This document shows positions 12,814 to 36,700 of a stretch of DNA of 64,000 nt, piece by piece (the first letter of the stretch is position 1; the number at the start of each line of letters is the position of its first letter). The stretch comes from Bugula neritina (Eukaryota; Animalia; Bryozoa). The notes under the pieces were generated by a model, which had not been told where the DNA came from, did no database searches, and was given only the letters and a program-made list of their open reading frames with translations. Location of the stretch: the NCBI GenBank assembly GCA_964035545.1, contig OZ037770.1:11366463-11430462 (forward strand), written 5' to 3'. Made by a program: the position numbers and the translations under genes.

Positions 12814-15800
12814 TACTAGTGTACTGTTTTCTTACTATTTACAGTATTTATTCCCTTTTCAGGTCTCTCTAAAGACAATACTTACTTCCTACAGAAAGCG
12901 CCCTTTGATCATAGCTTGTATAATGCAAATTTCTTCCCAGTTCAGTGGAATAAATGCAGTTAGTATACACACATTAGATCTGGTATGGCCTATGTTTAGT
13001 TCTGTACTATATTTGCCATGATACAATGTGTTGTTATTTTATGGCAATGTTTTATGCTATGTTGTATTTTACACTAGTTGCAGTCAAAGATGTATTGCTA
13101 ATGCATAAGACCTTATATACATTTCTAAATTTGGACTCATTTTCAATAATCAGTATTTCAAATTGCCACTAGATAAGTTAATTAGCATTTAATAGAGCAA
13201 AATTTACTATTAAAATTTCTAATCATAAATACTGATTTTATGATTTTAAAGCATTTTCCTTTATGTAGGAAGCTAAAAATTGCTTACAAAAGGCATTAAT
13301 AATTATTAAATTTATAAAAATTGTTAGACTCACCCAATTAGTTTAGGATCCTAAGTTAGATGCTTTACTCATGCAAAAATTATAGTCTACATATTATTGT
13401 TCATCGTTCAAACTGAGTTATATGAAATGGCAGGTGATATCCTATTCGACATCTATATTTATTGCTGCCAACTTGTCCGTCGCTGCTGCTCAGTACTCTA
13501 CCCTCGGACTCGGAGGCGTCATGATCATAGGAACTTTCCTTAGTTTCAGTTTGATAGAGAGGCTGGGAAGACGAACCTTACTTTTACATGGTCTCGGTGG
13601 ATGCTTCATCTCTTTGTGTTTGCTCACTGCATTCCACGTGCTGCAGGTGAGAGGATAGTATTACATTGCCGTGGTGATATTGTATTACATTGCCGTGGTG
13701 ATACTGTATTACATTGTTATGATAATGCTGTATATTATAATGTTATGGTAGTGCTACTGTATTACAGCGCTATGTTAATATATTGTATTACAGTGTTGGG
13801 GGTAATATACAGTATTATAGAGTTATGCGGGGAATACAGTATTGCAATTTTATGATATAATATATTATTACAATGTTATCGTGATACAGCATAATGGTAG
13901 GCTATAGTAGACTACAATATTACAGTACTTGTAGTCTATGATCTCAAAGCAGACTCACACACACAATGTGTAGTAAATATACTTTTTTCACTTTGTGTTA
14001 ATATTTGACATACTTTTATATTCTGAGTTTTCTCCCCCACAAATAATTTCTCATATCTCCGCATATCATATCTACAGAACGTTCCAGAGTTGAAGTGGAT
14101 GAGCTACCTGTGTATTGTGGCTGTCATCACATTCCTAATTCCATTTAACATCGGGCCAGGTAAGACTGAGGGTCTTAACATTGAGCAGCAGGTAAAACTA
14201 CATAATATGTATTAACATTGAAGCGCAGGTAAATTTCTGCATTATAAAAATCATCTAGCACTCTTTAATAGCCCGTACCAGTTTTGCTTTTTATGTTAGT
14301 TTTAAAAAACGCTATCAAAACTATTGATTCGTGTTAATTTTGACTCTAAATATCTGTAAGAATTATACTAAAGTTTTTAAGCATGCTGTAACCTGCATTG
14401 CCCCAAACCATACTGGCAAGCATAGCTTGAGAACTTTTTAAAGTATGGCACAAAAGCAACAACTACAAGACGCTTTCTCGGCAAATTATCAATGAATTGG
14501 CTGGCTTGCTCCAATGCTCAACCGGTATCTCTATGAACTAGATTATGGCTGTTTCTTTTAGCAAAATATTGACATCAATGATTATACAAAATTAAATTCT
14601 GGTATCTGTAATTATCAAACTAGCTGACTGTTTTTCTTGGTTGCCACCAACGTCTAATATACGAGTTTAAAACACAACAACCAAGTTTAATCAATACATT
14701 GTTTACACAAATAGCATAGTTTTATTTTTTACATACTTTTGATGTTATTTTCTCTATATTTTGTAATTTAGTTTGTAACTTCGAATCAATAGCTACGTAC
14801 TCATTTTTCATAGTTTCTACTTTTTCATTATGTACGGATGCAGGTTCCATTCCCTGGTTCTACACCACTGAGATAACAGAACCCAGCGCTGCCAAATGGA
14901 CCGTGAGTGCTGCCGTAGTCATCAGTTGGCTGTGTAATTTTATTGTTGGAATTACCTTCCCCTTTCTTCAGGTAAAGTAGTATATAAAAATATAGTTGTT
15001 CATAAATAAATTAGGAAATAATATAGAGTTAAAAGTATCTTTTTTTAGTTTAAATTATATGTCATCTTCCGGTTAAATTTGTTGTTAGAAGATATTTTTA
15101 TCCTGCTAATAATCTGCATGTGGGAGCACTTTACCAGCAAGAATAAGGTCGTCACCATTGAACTAAATAACTTTTCAGTTTTAGTTCATTGGTCATTCCT
15201 TTTGTATTTTGTGGCCTTAGAATTTAGATTATTACCTAATCTGCACTATGGGTGGCTTTTCAATAAGTCTCGGAGCACTTTATGGCCAAGTTGTAACAAA
15301 AGAAGTCTAACTGTAGTAGAGCTGTTTTATTTTTAATTACGTTAGTGACCAAACCAGTGAAAAACATAATTTTAAAAATACATCTCAATCCCGTGAACTG
15401 CCACAACGTAAGTGTGTCAAAAGAAAATCCGTCACAATGAAAAATGTACCATAAAAAGTTCGAAGGCAAATAATTAAAGTTGCTAATTGCAGTATTATGT
15501 TTGTTGGTAGTTTACATAGAAGCTTCATCATTACAATTTGAATTTTGTAAAAATAATTTTATATAATAAAAATTGCAACACATAATGTTTTGTAATAATA
15601 TTATTTGCCAATAATAAAGTGTGTTTTTGTAACTATGAGTATAATGCCAATAAGAAAAGTTGAAAACTATCAAGTGAAGCTAAAACATTATTATTTTACC
15701 ATTTTAATGCTAAACACAAAAATAGTAAAGGAAAGACAACTCCAGAAGCCCTGTAGACTGAGTTTTTTTAACTTAATTTTGTTACACAGTGTAGATGCAG

Positions 15801-16039
15801 CCTCTCAAACTTTGAGCTAGCTTCACAGTTGTACCTATTTTATGTTGTAGACTGCTCTAAAAGACTACGTATTTCTACCATTTCTTCTTATACTAGCAGT
15901 AACATGGGTGTACCTGTATTTTCGAGCACCAGAAACTAAAGGAAAGACAATTCTAGAAATAACTGCAAAATTTGAACAATTGGAGAGTATATCGAAATTA
16001 CCCATTCGGGAAAGAGAATGTTACGAGACCTTTAAGTAA
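9164..16039 (+). CDS. SLC2A: Facilitated glucose transporter (SLC2A/GLUT class I-like, MFS sugar porter), paralog A, ~537 aa
   Basis: 12 exons: 9164-9307, 9527-9625, 10075-10235, 10470-10594, 11288-11458, 11858-11965, 12242-12339, 12863-12958, 13434-13646, 14078-14159, 14844-14971, 15851-16039. Motifs [50 protein letters not shown]. Confidence 0.93.
12637..12812. repeat. Two (TA)n microsatellites separated by ~45 bp
   Basis: Direct inspection; intron 7 of GLUT paralog A. Confidence 0.95.
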
Positions 16040-17106
16040 GTGTCACAGTATGACAGGAGAGAGTAGGTGGTAGCAGGTGGAAATTGAAGAATTAAATTTT
16101 CTCAATAAACCTTTGTTAAAACGATCATCTTGTTAGTTATGATAGACTATTGTTCTCATATCCTGTTATGTAAACTGCTACTTATTGTATTTTTTAAAAC
16201 CAGTTCATCTTTCAATTTGACAGTTATTTTTGCACAGGTTGGTTTTTAATTAGATGTGTGTAAAGCAATGTGTTTCGTTTCTTATCTTCTGATGTACTTA
16301 TGTAACAATTAAACTAATGTGTATATATTATTAGACATAAAGGGATATTAATAAAATATACAATATAAAATTACCCCTGGTTCTTAGCATTTTATAAAAA
16401 TGATTACATATGTTAGTAAAATATAGTCTTTTTTACTTTGTAGATGCTTTGAACATGCTTCCTTTTATCATACAGTACCCATGTAGTAATTTCTGTGCTG
16501 AAAATGAAAATCCAATAATCTGACAAAATATTTGTAACATGGTTTAGACTTTAGATGTTCCTGCATAGAAATTGTTAGATTTTTGTGTTACCTATTCTAA
16601 AGTTTTCCAACATATAAGAAAATAACTCTTTATTATGTATGAAATGTGCAACATATAATGAGAAGATAATTCTTAACATGCAATGTACATTGGTGTGTAT
16701 AATATGAAAGAATAGATCATGACAGAGAAGACAACTCTTGTTAATTTATATAAGTTCATCCATGCACACATTCTATAATATTTACATAATATTCTACTTC
16801 TTGACTTTGTTTACTGTGGTACTAGAAGTAAAGCAGGATCAGCCAATCATATCAGTTCTATCATTCCTTATCTGCAGTAGCAAAGTGCACTTATCTACCT
16901 CATGACTAGTTGGTATTGTGTTTGGTGTGCAAACACATTCTTGGCAGTCAGCCTTCTGCTGCATTTCTAGTTGCCATTTCATTCTCCGTGTTGCTTCTTT
17001 TGAACTATAATGTCAACTGAGCAATAGAGGTGAGAAGGTTTTATGATTTTTTCTATAAGTTAACTAATATCAGCTATTCTGTTCAACATTAAACCTAAAG
17101 GCCATT

Positions 17107-17270
17107 GCTTAGTTATAGCTTACAGTTATAGGTTATAGTTATAGCTTACAGTTATAGCTTATACTTATAGTTATAGTTATAGCTTTTAGCTATAGCTTAC
17201 AGTTAGAGTTCATAGTTTATATACTTATACTTGTAGCTTTTAGCCTATAGCCTATAGCTATAGCTATGAG
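17107..17270. repeat. Degenerate hexamer microsatellite (TATAGC/TATAGT)n
   Basis: Direct inspection. Confidence 0.85.
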
Positions 17271-17626
17271 CAAAACATCTAATAAACATTATCATTATGA
17301 ATGTATACTTTATGATTAGGTTTTGGGGATTTTGTATTATACTTATCTTGAGTTAAATGTTTCAGTATGTTAGATAAACAGGTATGTTTAGTCTCATTCA
17401 GATGCTAAGAGGGATGTTGTTAACTCCCCAGTCATTATCCCTTCACAACTAATATTTGCTGCTCCAGTTCCATGAATAGCCATGAAGTTACAAAAATGGC
17501 CACCATCTGTTTTAGTTCTTTTTTCACTGAGTTCATGTATGCAGAATAATCAGAATGTTGTCCTGAATCAGGTACAAGAAAATTGAGTGAAAACAGAGTA
17601 GAGTTTGAGTATTTCGTAGTGAAAAC

Positions 17627-26910
<9,284 letters not shown>

Positions 26911-27739
26911 GTTATTGCATCAATAGTCGTTCAAATCATTACATTCTCATAAAGTTGCTCAAGTTGTGTTATATATTAATTTTTTAGATGAATTATGGTT
27001 GCAGAGCATGTGTGTACAAACTGTATTGGTCTAGTCTCCAAACTCTGTACTACAATCAATTATGCAATGCAGTAATTCAAACAGTAAACTCAGTTCGAGT
27101 TGCATAATTAATGTTATAAATGCCCTTACAGTTAGTCTAATAGTTATAATAATTGTTACCATTATTAAAAATCAGCTTTACTAGCAGTGGAGTTGTGTGC
27201 CCTATGAAATAGTCTATCACAATCGGTGCTCTGTTCTAAGTTACACTCGGAACTATTTGGCCTACGAAGTAAGATTTTTAATGAACATCTATTTGTAATC
27301 AATTACTTATTTTTTATTCTTTACTACACTTGTATTTTTATTATAATGCAAAATAAATGCAGTATATAATATATATAAGAAATATTGAAGATGCTACTAA
27401 GAAAATGCTACTGTATGTAGAATAGAGAAGGTTCCAGAAATACAATTCGACATTTCACTATGAATCTGCTTATTTATATTACTTTATATTTTTTTAAATA
27501 AAATAAACAGAAATCATGAAAATATTTTAATATCATTCATCACACTACATCATTATAATTTTCACATTGATAAATTCAACAACCTTTCGTCACAAGCATA
27601 ATATACATTTCAACATCATGATAAAGTTTTTTAAAACTACATCCTTCTGGAATACATAGAAACTTTGTTTATATTTTTAATAATAAATTTTTAATAAATG
27701 CTCCAAAGTGGTATAAGTTGACGGAAGAATACAGCGTGT

Positions 27740-30700
27740 TTAGAACAAGTTGATTCGCTTAGTGATGGGCTTCCTGCACATGTGACACTGCCGCAGCCCC
27801 TGCGCACACTCCGAGCAGGCCGAGTGGCCACACAGGAAGGCAGCATTCTTCTTCCTGTCCAGACATATTCCACAAGTCACCGAATCCTCCATTTCCTGTG
27901 AGACAAAAGTTGAGATGACATCATTGCATGACGAGTTGTAATACTACATTATTGTATAGTATTACTATATATGACGGGTTGTTATACTACATTACTGTGT
28001 AGTATCGCTATATATGATGGGTTGTAATACTATATTATTGTATAGTATTGCTATATATGACGGGTTGTAATACTATATTACTGTATAGTATTGCTATATA
28101 TGACAGGTTGCAATACTATATTACTGTATAATAGTACTATGTACGACAGGTTATAATACTACATTACTGTATGGTAGTACTATATGACGACAATAAGGAA
28201 CTTTAGTGGTGTCACAGTGGTGGACACACAGACAGAATAATATTCAACTGACCTGTAGTTTCTTGTGCATATCTTTAATGTTTATACCTTCTCCACTCTT
28301 GGGCCGTGACAGTTCAGTACCATCTAAAACACACGCGTAGCTCTGAGTATAATATACAACCAAGTTATCCACCTGTACACTTGGATATCAACAAACCAGC
28401 CAAAATTAAAGCTTTTGTGTCAAAATAATGATGGGAGTTTTGTGACTTTTAAATTACTAGATAGCCAAATAGTTGAAGATTTAACAATTAGACATGATTT
28501 TAGAATTATATATATTTGATTAAAAGATGTGGCTTATAGCCAAAGTTCCTGAGAATAAACATGATGGGGGAGGCGCATGGCCTCCCTCTGTGCTGGAACA
28601 AAAATTAAAAGCTTTCAATAAAAGATAGCATTTTTACTGAATCCCCTTTTATTAATAATCTCCATTATGTGCATTAAATATATACAAGTTATATTATGGG
28701 GAAAACCCACAATAATATGGGAAAACCCGAGACTAGACAGTTGACAGACCTGGAAATATTTTCCGTTCTATAAGAATTGAACAGGACAAGCATTTCTTCA
28801 TCTTAATGCAGCAGTCACCACAGGAAATCTTGTGTCCGCAGGGTTTAAACAGCACTAGCAGTGTTTCCTCATCGCATACTATACACTGAGGGATAGCTCT
28901 GTAAAAGTATCACGCACACTGCAGTTGAAAATAGTACACTACATGACATGGCAATACCAATTCTAACATCACGCACTGCAGTTAAAAATAGTATGCCATT
29001 AGAGAAGAAAGCATGGTACTGAGTAAAATACAGTACGTGACTTGGCAATACCGATTTTAGTACTACACACACTGCAGCTAAAAATAGAAAGGAAATCGGG
29101 ATACCTAAATAACGAAAATTAGGTAACCTGGCAATACCGATTTTAGAATAAAACCTACTCGACAATTTTAAATCGCTCTAATTCTTCTTTAAGTTTTGCA
29201 TCTGTGACCAGATCCAGTGGGGTCCTGCTTTTGTTGTCTAAGTGCATCACGTCTGCGCCGTGCTCAGCCAGATATTTGGCAATAGCTGCAGCAGAACACT
29301 GGAAGGTCGCATCGTCTCCCGACCCACTTGCCTGCAATGCATAAGATCTCAGGCTAGAGAAAGAGATGTAGGAGCACAGTCTATTAGTTGTTCTAACCTA
29401 CCCATGGTGCAGTAGTGATAGGTTCTGTGTGTAGCATAGAGATGGGTGAATCGTAAAAGAACGAGAATTGTGTTACAAGAGATATTTAAAAGCTAAATTC
29501 TTGAACATCGAAGCTATTAAGGAAAAAAATTACAGGCTTTGTTTAATGTCATTCAAAACTATCTCCCATTCATTAATGTGGTAAATAAGACAAGAACTGT
29601 AGGCTTTATAATTTTCGTTACAAGGCCATTAAGTTGATGGTAGTGCTTTAAACCTTCTATTATTTATCATTACCCAATCTATACAAGTTACGAGCTTTTC
29701 CAGCTTTCTCTGAACACTACCAGTTATACTCACTAACTCTACCAGTTATCTGGTTACCTGGTCGCGACTGCCTCTGCCGTGAGACGTCTCGCTGTGAGGT
29801 CGAAGGAAGGTGAGATGCAGAGGTGTGTGCCCGTCCTCATCTTCGGCCAGCACACTCGCTCCACTCTCCACGAGTAGCTGCACGACCGGCAGATGACCTT
29901 GAGTACCGGCTAACATCAGTGGCGTCTGCTGGCGGTTGTTTTTGATTTCGATGTCGGCTTCACCCTAAAGAGAGATATTATTGTAAACAGTAAGTCATCC
30001 CTATCTGATTCTTATAAAATTAGTATTACTTACCCCTGGCCGACAGATTACACTTACAGAGTTACTTACCTTAAAAGAGCATTCTCATCTAAATAACTAA
30101 ACCAACAAAAGTAGCATTACTTTTAGTCTTCTTATATCACAGCGTCTTACCTCAAGGTAAAATAACTAACGCTAGGAGCAGCTTTAATACAAGGGAAATC
30201 AGTTTCAAACCACGTAGACTAATACAGCATATCGTATAAAAAGGTATGTAACAAACTAGTCTGATACTCACTGCAGGTGAATTGTAATTAAAGTCACAAT
30301 AATTAAAAGACATGTGTTTACCTGTCGCAGCAAAACTTGGGCCACGGTAGAGTGTCCATTGAGAGAGGCTAGATGTAGGGCGGCGAACCCGTCGTCCTTC
30401 CGCAGGTCCACCATGGAAGCAACTCGGGCTAATATCCTTTCAGTAGCACTAAACATTAGAGGACTTTAGTTTAGTCTGTGAGTCACGACTTTGAATGAAT
30501 ATACATTATAAATTCTCCATTTTACGACATAATGTTTGGAAAAACCCACACTATTAGGTATTATTAATCAAGTTGATTGTGTTTTCACAAGTTTTACTGA
30601 ATTGATATATTGTTACACAGTTTGTTTTGTGTGACATGCAATGACATCACTGCTTGTTGTTGTGATGTAACAATTCAATAAGAGATGACATAACTACTTG

Positions 30701-33700
30701 TTGCTGTGATATAACAACTTACTATGCGTTTCCCTTCAGAGCTGCATGGTGAAGTGCGTTAAATCCACGAGTATTTTTAAGTGAAAAATCAACGTCAGGA
30801 TGATCCATGAGAATAGTGACTATTTCTTTATTATCTTTACCTAAATCAATACAGTCAATACAATCAATACAGTCAATATAATCAATACAGCCAATAATAT
30901 AATCAATACAATCAATAAAATCAATACAGTCAATATAATAACTCAAAACTAGTTCAATTATAATATTTTAATGTTATAGCTTGTGCATAAATCCTACCCA
31001 AACTCATACGCAGGCTATCAATACTCCGCCCACAACAATGTAAGTACCACTCACAATCACACAAGCTCCACCCACCTATGGCGTCATGCTGCGCAGTGTC
31101 CCCATACGTATCCTGGATGTTGACGTCACACTTATGAGAGATGAGAACCTTGACACAGTCTAGGTGCTGTTTATTGACCGCCACGTGCAGGGTGCTGCAG
31201 CCACCGTCGTTGATAGCGTTGACGTTGGCTCCGTGTTCCAGCAGCACTTTCATTATGTCAGGTTGATTGCTACAAGATGAGGCATTGAACACGTGTATCT
31301 AGTTGAGTGTTGGTATAACTAGAACTAGAAGTAGAAGATAGAAGTAGAAAATATAACTAAAATAAAAAAGTAAAATGTAGAACTAGAAGCTATGGGTTTT
31401 GCAATTCTATATTACAGCTGTATAAATATTTCAAAATACATAAAATATTTTCACTAATAGAAACATTTCGCCGCTTATGAAATGAATACACAACTAGTTT
31501 GAAAAAACAAAAGGTTTTTAACAACATAACATACAATAGTAATGGGTAATGTAAACACTTGAATGAGCTACATGCAAACACCGCCCTGTTAGAGCTAATC
31601 TCAATATAACACACTCTGTTATACACACTTTAAAAAACAAGCGCTCTAACAAGCAGACTTACCCAAAAGCTGAGTAGTGAAGTGCGGTATCACCGTCATT
31701 GTCTTTCAGCTCAATATCAGCGTGTGCATTCAGAAGAAGAGTCACCATGTCCATACCTCCCTGATGACTGGCCACCTGCAGAGCCGTTTTACCAGCACTC
31801 TTGGCATTCACCTGTGAATGTCAGTAGTACACAGTCAAACTATGTCACACCATGTCAAACTGTGTCACACTGAGTCAAACAAAGTCACAACGAGTCAAAC
31901 TATGTCACAGTGTGTCAAACTGAGTCACAATATGTCAAACTATGTAACTCTGAGTCAAACTGTGTAACTCTGAGTCAAACTATGTCACAGTGTGTCAAAC
32001 TATGTCACAATGAATAAGTAAAACCATGTCGGAATGAAGTCGAACAGTATAAATTCAAGTGATTAAAACACTGTTACATTGAACCGCTAGGCTTAAAATT
32101 AATAAACTTTGAAATTAGAAAAAAATAATTCAATATAAATAAACAAATCTAGACGTGTTCACACCATCAAAATTAGTCGAGCCACCGATTAACATCATAC
32201 CTGGTCAGGATGTCTGTTTATAATTTCTCTGACAACATCTAAATGACCTTGAGCTGCCTCTTTCACCAAAGAGTCGGGGTTAGCAGGGTCATTCTCCACC
32301 TGCATTATATGATCCAACATCGCCACGCTCTCTTCCACGGCAGCAGCTGTTAAATTCACAATATTTTGAATTGAACTCACGTATATGTTCTCAAATATAT
32401 ATCGAGTAATTTAGTGCAACACTAGACACTGTGAGAATATTGCCATACCAAAACACAAGCAAGATCTGAAACCCATCAGCATTTATTACAGGAGGGGGGG
32501 GAGAGGGGGCTCACCATTAGCAGTGTTGGTAGGAAGAGTGTCACTGGCTTTGCTGTGACCCAGAGTGTCCTCGGCACACTTGGTGTTGTCAACCTGCAGC
32601 TGGTCCTGGGGTCTGGGAACGCAGCACTGAATGTTGAACGTCCAAGTCTGTCCGTTGATACAAACCCTCATGTCTCCGTCGGAATACACCTTCACCACCT
32701 TGCCAACCTGGCCAAGCACCTGTCAGAGAGTGACAACATGAGTAAATATACCTTCATTTAACTGACCAAGCACCTGTCAGAGAGTGACAGCATGGGTACA
32801 TATACCTTCAAGTACCTGGTTACCAAGCCAAGCACCTGAGGGATAGTGACACAAGTAAAAATGTCATGTAGTGCTTTAGTAAATACTCGGCAAAACAAAG
32901 CTAGATTTTAAGCCACACAAAAATGGCTGCATTAAATAATTTTTTTAAAAGCAAGCGGAAACAGCAAAAAGTTGTTCAATTATTTAAGTTGTTTTCAAGT
33001 TACATAGCAATATAGAGTAAACTGGCTGTAGAGGAGTGCATTTCCTATGAACAGCTGCAGCAATACAATACAGATACAATTCTAAACACAACAAAATGAC
33101 ATCCCAATAAATATTTTCTACATTAATACAATGCCTCCCTATTGCAATACCAATCGGAAACAATGAACACTAATTATAGATTGATAGAAAAAGAGAAAAT
33201 AACTCCTGATGTAAAGTTGATGCTATTGATTGCCAATTCTGCAGACAAAACCAACAAAACAAAAATACCTGCCGAAGACAAATATAGATAATGAATGTGT
33301 AAATATAGCATGTACTGAGGGTATATAAACACAGTCCTGCACAAACACTGCAGCTACACTGTAAGTTAGACAGAAGAGAGGTCAAGGGGGTAATTAGGAG
33401 GATGTAGGACGGCCAGGCATAAGAAAAGTTGCAATTCTTGTCAAAATAGAGTGACATGTGAAATTGGAAACATATCTATCTGCCCATCTGTTCCTACAGA
33501 GAAATGGAAGACAATGGCAGAATTTAAACTCTGTTGAATACTTTACCCAATGGACTGTGAAATAGTGTACATTCACAAAAACTAATGATATTTATCCACT
33601 GGGCAGGAGGGAAGGAGGGAGGGAAGGAGGGAGGGAAGGAGGGAGGGAAGGAGGGAGAGAAGGAGGGAAAGATGGAGGGAAGGAGGAAAGGAGGGAGGGA

Positions 33701-36700
33701 AGGAGGAAGGGAAGGAGGGAGGGAAAGAGGGAGGGAAGGAGGGAGAGGGTCAAACCAATGTTATAGTGCAGAGCTAATGTCGGGTGTCAAAAGATATTAA
33801 TCCAAATTACCTCCCTCGGATATACACAGCAACTTGGAGTTGAAGGTTATCAAGTACAATTTAGTGTAGGCTAGGGATAGTTGGCAATAAGTGTGTGACA
33901 GCTAGCAACAAGTGTGTGACAGCTAGCAACAAGTGTTTGACAGCTAGCAACAAGTGTTTGACAGCTAGCAACAAGTGTGTGACATTGTAATATGCCAGAT
34001 AACTCACACTACTCATGCAGTCTGTCCATTCACCGTGACCTTTCTGCAGCTCCTTCACCTTCTCAAGGTCACTGACCACCATGACAGCGTCACCAACACT
34101 GTACACTTGGATCTGTGAAACAATTTATGTGGCATGACTTGATGGTATTACAGTATTGCATAATGAAATGCGACATTGTGTAGCACAGTTTAATACAATG
34201 AACTACAATTTAGTATTATACAACATTGTGTGTAAAAAAATATAATATACCATAACCTAGCACACTGTAATACAATATAATATAAGAAGATAATTTCTCA
34301 ATGTAACATCTTATGTATGCATACGGCACACAATTACACATGTGAATATACATTTCATCTATTATTTGTAGATTACACCTGAGAGGTAAAGTTGTTCTGC
34401 AGAAAACTGCAAACATTGAGTATGAAAAGACAACTCTGAATAAAGCACCTTAGTCAGGGCTCCGGGGTGAAAGGTCCAGCGGTTGAGACAGCCTTCGTAC
34501 TGAACTCTGATGTCACCCTTGTCGGTGATCCGGTGCACCGTGCCAATCTTCCCCACATACTACAAGCGAAGTAGAGTTGGTATTATATGGTAACACAGCA
34601 CAGTAGAGTTGGTGCTGCATGGTAACACATCATAGTAAAGTGTAATACTACGTGGGAACACAGCACAGTAGAGCTGGTACCATGTGTTAACACATGAAGT
34701 AGAGTTGGTACTACGTGGTAACACAACAAAATTATTCTAAAGAAAACATACATGGCTCACAAACCCAACACTTAAATTCACCGCAATACAGTTTTGGGGA
34801 TCCTATATTTTACATTGAAATAAACAAACAGAACTATAATGATACAGCAGGTCAATGTATATTAACCCCTTAAAGCCCCTACAATGGCAGCAGCTGTTTC
34901 ACCAGTCAGCTAGAATCAAAAGTCAGGGTCATTAAATATCAAGTAGAAACACTCCAGCCATCCACATTAATTATAGTTGAGGGAATGAATTGCACTATTA
35001 CGTAATAACGCTGACCGACTTCTTCAATATACTCTACAATTGTCTCAGGAGTTTGAGTCTCTAGTGAAATGCTTTGATGATACTTTTATATGAATACGAT
35101 AGAGCTATAACTCAACCTAAATGATGGCAAGCTGCTAGAAGTTTAGTCTCTAATAAAAATTAGTATTACTTCATTTCCAGTGATTCACATTACACAAATG
35201 GATGCCCTACTGATGAATTTGTAGTTGCGTTTCATTAGATGCAACTGTTTTCAAAGATTTAATAAAAAATCCATTCGGATACTTTGGAAACTTGGAAATG
35301 TAGTGGAAGTGAAAAAAGAGAGAAAAAAGCATCACTGTAAGCTTGTAAGTTGGTGTTGAGAGGACGAAATAGCAAGACCAAGTGATTTATATACTTTCCA
35401 CTTACACTGTAATTTATATACAGCACATGATTATATACCTTTTAGTTTCGATTGAACTCACAGTAACTAACTAAAAGCACACAACATAATGCTTTATATT
35501 TCCACTTATAAGTAACCAATACAACATACCTCGGCCATCTTGGCATTCCATCCACCGTGACCTTCTTGCATCCCTTTCAAGATTTCAGGGTCCATGTCAA
35601 CCTTGACCTTGTTGCCGACCTTGAAAGGACAAGGGGGCAAGGCGTGGATTTGCTCCGTCGGCTCACCTAAAATAACGGAATTGATGACTCACAGGAAACT
35701 GGTTTACTGAGGAGTTTCGGATGCAAGAGATAGAATAAGAAGCACTGTTAATAAAAAAATTTTAATAGAGTAATTTCAAGCTGTAGCTAAGCATAAGTTA
35801 AAAACATTTATTGGTTAACAATTTATTTTTTATTTTACATGAAGTTGAAAAGATAACTCCTCATTGCAGAATATTTTTAGGTCTATCAGTTTCTACAAAA
35901 TGGGAATCCTATCAACAATTATTGGAACTCATCACAATAAGAATTTTTCTATGAAACAACAAAAGTGTGGGAAGATTTTTGAGAGAGCTAAGAAAAAAAG
36001 TTGAATGCTTTATGATAATTGAAGACATAACAAGCTCCGGAGTTAAACAAACATATTATTTTCATCAAGTACGAAATATTCCATCAGCTGGCCAGGTGAC
36101 CAGGCAAAGTCTCATTATATTATTTATAAAAATAACTTCTCCCTCTCCCAATACTTATATGGCTCAGAATAATATAAATAACTCTCAGTGCAGTAAAAGG
36201 GAGGCAGTAAACTAAACTATAATTGATTATTGGACAGAAAACTGCAGCAAGATTACAAAAAAATTAAAATAATTTTCAAGTTTTTTCAGTCATATACATA
36301 CATGGACCAAAAGACATGGTTAAAACGTGAGGAAAATAGAATAATAAAAGCACAATAAGAGTTATGAAGTGAAAGAGTATGAGTAATGAAGAGTGTATGA
36401 GTTACGAAGAGTAAGTATAAAGTAGCCAATGTACCCAGGACAGGCAGATGGTCACGGTAGTAGTTCCCTCCACTTGCAGCGGTCTTGTACTTGAGATCAG
36501 CTTTACCCTTGTGACCGAGACGGTAGACATTGGCCGAGCCCGAGTGCCACATGATGTTAGCCACTGATCTCTCCGTCTCCACATCCCAACCTCTGATGTC
36601 TAGAACCTTTCCCAGTTTACCATCTCCACCTGAAAGAGAGAGACAAACAGATAAGACTAAAAATTATCAACACAGTTGAATATAGCCAATTGATTAGCTG

